From Takakia lepidozioides (taxonomy: Eukaryota; Plantae; Bryophyta): 64,000 nucleotides of DNA. Below are positions 61,847-64,000 of this stretch, in pieces. Numbering within the stretch: the first letter of the stretch is position 1; every line of letters starts with the position of its first letter. The stretch is taken from assembly GCA_030704615.1 (NCBI GenBank), contig CM060731.1, positions 74,462,001-74,526,000 on the forward strand, written 5' to 3'. The notes under the pieces were generated by a model that ran no database searches, was not told the origin of the DNA, and saw only the letters and a list, made by a program, of their open reading frames with translations. The translations under genes and the position numbers were made by a program.

Positions 61847-64000
61847 TGTAGTGCACCTAAGCATCGTGCCACAACATACATCGATGTCCAACCACACTTC
61901 CTAGCATATAGTCCTAGAAAATCACGCCACAATGATACGAAAATGGTGAAAAGAGGAGAAACCACTCTATCACGTTATATAAGTCAAGCCAATGGCACCT
62001 TTGCTAAAGAACTCAACCATACAGACCTCACCCACTCTCCATCTCAAGTACTAGAGCTATGGCGGCGAGAGAAGCCTCGGAAGGCTCGACTAGAACAAGA
62101 CGAGTCTGCCTACGTCTCACGTGGAGATAACCTCCCCACGTCTCAAGTGAGGTTCGCCACCTCACTTGGCACATGGAACCAAATGAAGTCCCAATGCCAA
62201 CAAAATATAAATATAAATGTATAATGTCCTAATTAGTTAGAAATAACTATTTCCAACTAATCACAAACAAAACCATGACAGCTGTCGTGCACCTAAGCAT
62301 CGTGCCACAACATACATCGTTGTCCAACCACACTTCCTAGCATATAGTCCTACAAAGCCACGCCACAATCGCCCCCCTAGCTGGTGATTAGGTCCTTCTA
62401 ACACCGGATAGCTTGCAAGTATCCACCCCAATAAGATCATCACTTGGTCTTCAATCGCACAAGTCCCAACACCTGAAGTCGATAGATCAAGAGGCCGGGT
62501 GCAAACGTAGCCCCATCGTTAGTCGCCTTTATACAATCCATGATCTTTAGTTGAGTATCCATGGCATTGAAGCCCCACTAGCTAGACCTTGGGTCACTTG
62601 TCCGCCTCACCATTGTCATGCCCACTACCTCTGTCCAAGGTATCATGGACACAACCATTCTCCGATATGAACCTCCTCAAGTGGCGGTGTCAAGCATCCC
62701 ATGTGTCACCCCCTTGAGCATTTGTCACACACCAACATGGTTGCGGCGCCACCAGCATGCCCACATAGCATGCAACGCAACCCTGCAGGTACCACTGCAA
62801 GGTTAGGATCTATCCTCCCATCCACATGTGGAAGATGACATGGCACACAATTGCGCACATGGTCCTTCCATACCATGCCATCTCGACCCTCCAGAATCGA
62901 CACTCCTGAAGACAACACCTCCCTGATCCTTAGAATCACACGTCATGCGGTGACATCCAAGGTCGTAGGTGCTGTCTGCTGCAGATACACATAGTCCCCA
63001 GGGTGGAAACGCCAAACACTTGGCCGATATCCCCTTCCACGTATAGTGGCGTACCTCAATGTGTCTCGGTGTTGGGCAATAATAAGGTTCTCAAAAGCCA
63101 TAGGCATGACTCTCTTGAACAATTCTGCCCCGTTGGGCACATGCTTGTGTCTACACATCCGGATCATCAAGGTTGAGAACTATTGCAGCCTCCCTGCGAA
63201 TACATGCAGGCAAATCTGGCTCTCGACCAAAGAGAAGAAAGTAAGGTGAGAAGGATGCAAATGAAGCTTGTTTGCTGAACCTATAGCCCATAGCTAGCCA
63301 AGGCAGTTGAAGGTCCCAATCTCCTAGGTGTCCCTTTGCAAACCGTACTTGCGCAAACCTCTCTTGACTGTCTGAACAACTCTCTTCGCCAAGCCATCAG
63401 CCTCGGGATGATCCCGATAAGTAGTGCGATGATCTATCAATGTTTGCTCACACAAAGCCTGAAACTCCCCCAATAACTCTCTCCCCTGGTCCGTGAGTAC
63501 CTCGGCTGGAGCACCAAAATGGCTAAGCACTCGATCTAAGAATATATACGCAGCCCCCTCACTTGCCTTGTCAGGCAATGCCACCAGTTCAATCCATTTG
63601 GAGAAGTGTTACACCATCACCAGCACATACTTGTTGTGGCGAATCGTCAATGACAATGGGCCTGCGAAGTCAAGACTCCAACGATAGCAACCTATAATGG
63701 GTAAAAGATGCAATTGTGGAGTAGGGGCGTTAAAAGAAGCCCGCACTCTATCACACACCATGCACCTTGCCACTAACTGTTGCACATCCGTGTGCATGCC
63801 CCGCCACCAATACTGCCCTTGCAGCAAACTATGAGTGCGCCGCACCCCAAAATGTCCCAACTCCTCATGGGCATGGCGTACCAATCGCGCTCGTTGTGTT
63901 GGATGAGGCACAATTCTCACTCGTCCATCCTCCCATACCCGGAGTAGGTGAGTCCCCTCCCACTTGAACCTCTTGGCTCGTTGTAGGACCCGATCCCTCT
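61847..64000 (-). mobile_element. Ty3/Gypsy 3' end with PHD-finger-tailed integrase; runs off the window
   Basis: HEELGHFG, CMVC, WSLDFAGPL, TDQGRE, HPEADGLAKRVVQTVK; C-terminus CMLCG...VCDKCSRG*HMGCLTPPLEEVHIGEWLCP*Y; PPT ggggggcg at ~62370-62377; LTR region 61847-62367. Confidence 0.88.

Noticed and set aside
61323-61904. 193-aa ORF upstream of the PHD-Gypsy LTR
   Set aside because: Low complexity, no recognisable domain, and it runs into the LTR.

Overview
Eukaryotic nuclear DNA from a land plant, not a prokaryote. It has GT-AG introns, an At2g16250-type LRR-RLK, a Sin3-like gene, allantoate amidohydrolase and a MORN3-like gene; the last suggests a flagellated-sperm lineage such as a bryophyte/hornwort (inference). 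Host genes: an intron-containing but cyanobacterial-looking GT2 glycosyltransferase (1286-4140, -) with a pseudogenised duplicate ~11 kb away; an OSB-type PDF-motif gene; an intronless truncated Sin3/PAH gene; an LRR-RLK with one frameshift; a nardilysin-like M16A peptidase head-to-head with a MORN + EF-hand-like gene; and AAH. The mobile DNA is rich. A nested Ty3/Gypsy complex (24.9-35.7 kb) holds chromovirus halves with mismatched LTRs, a Gypsy with a dUTPase-like domain, a 2.2-kb LTR-like block of palindrome-bearing 250-bp repeats and a TIR element with an 8-bp TSD. Elsewhere are a Gypsy with a PHD-finger integrase (window end), a poly(A)-less RTE/RTEX-like LINE with two TSD-defined insertions at TCTT, a Mutator-like MITE and a ~720-bp imperfect hairpin. 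Most unusual pattern: three unrelated LTR ends share the layout PPT - copy of the LTR's distal terminus - 2 nt - LTR. All homology calls come from motif recognition by eye, not from database searches.
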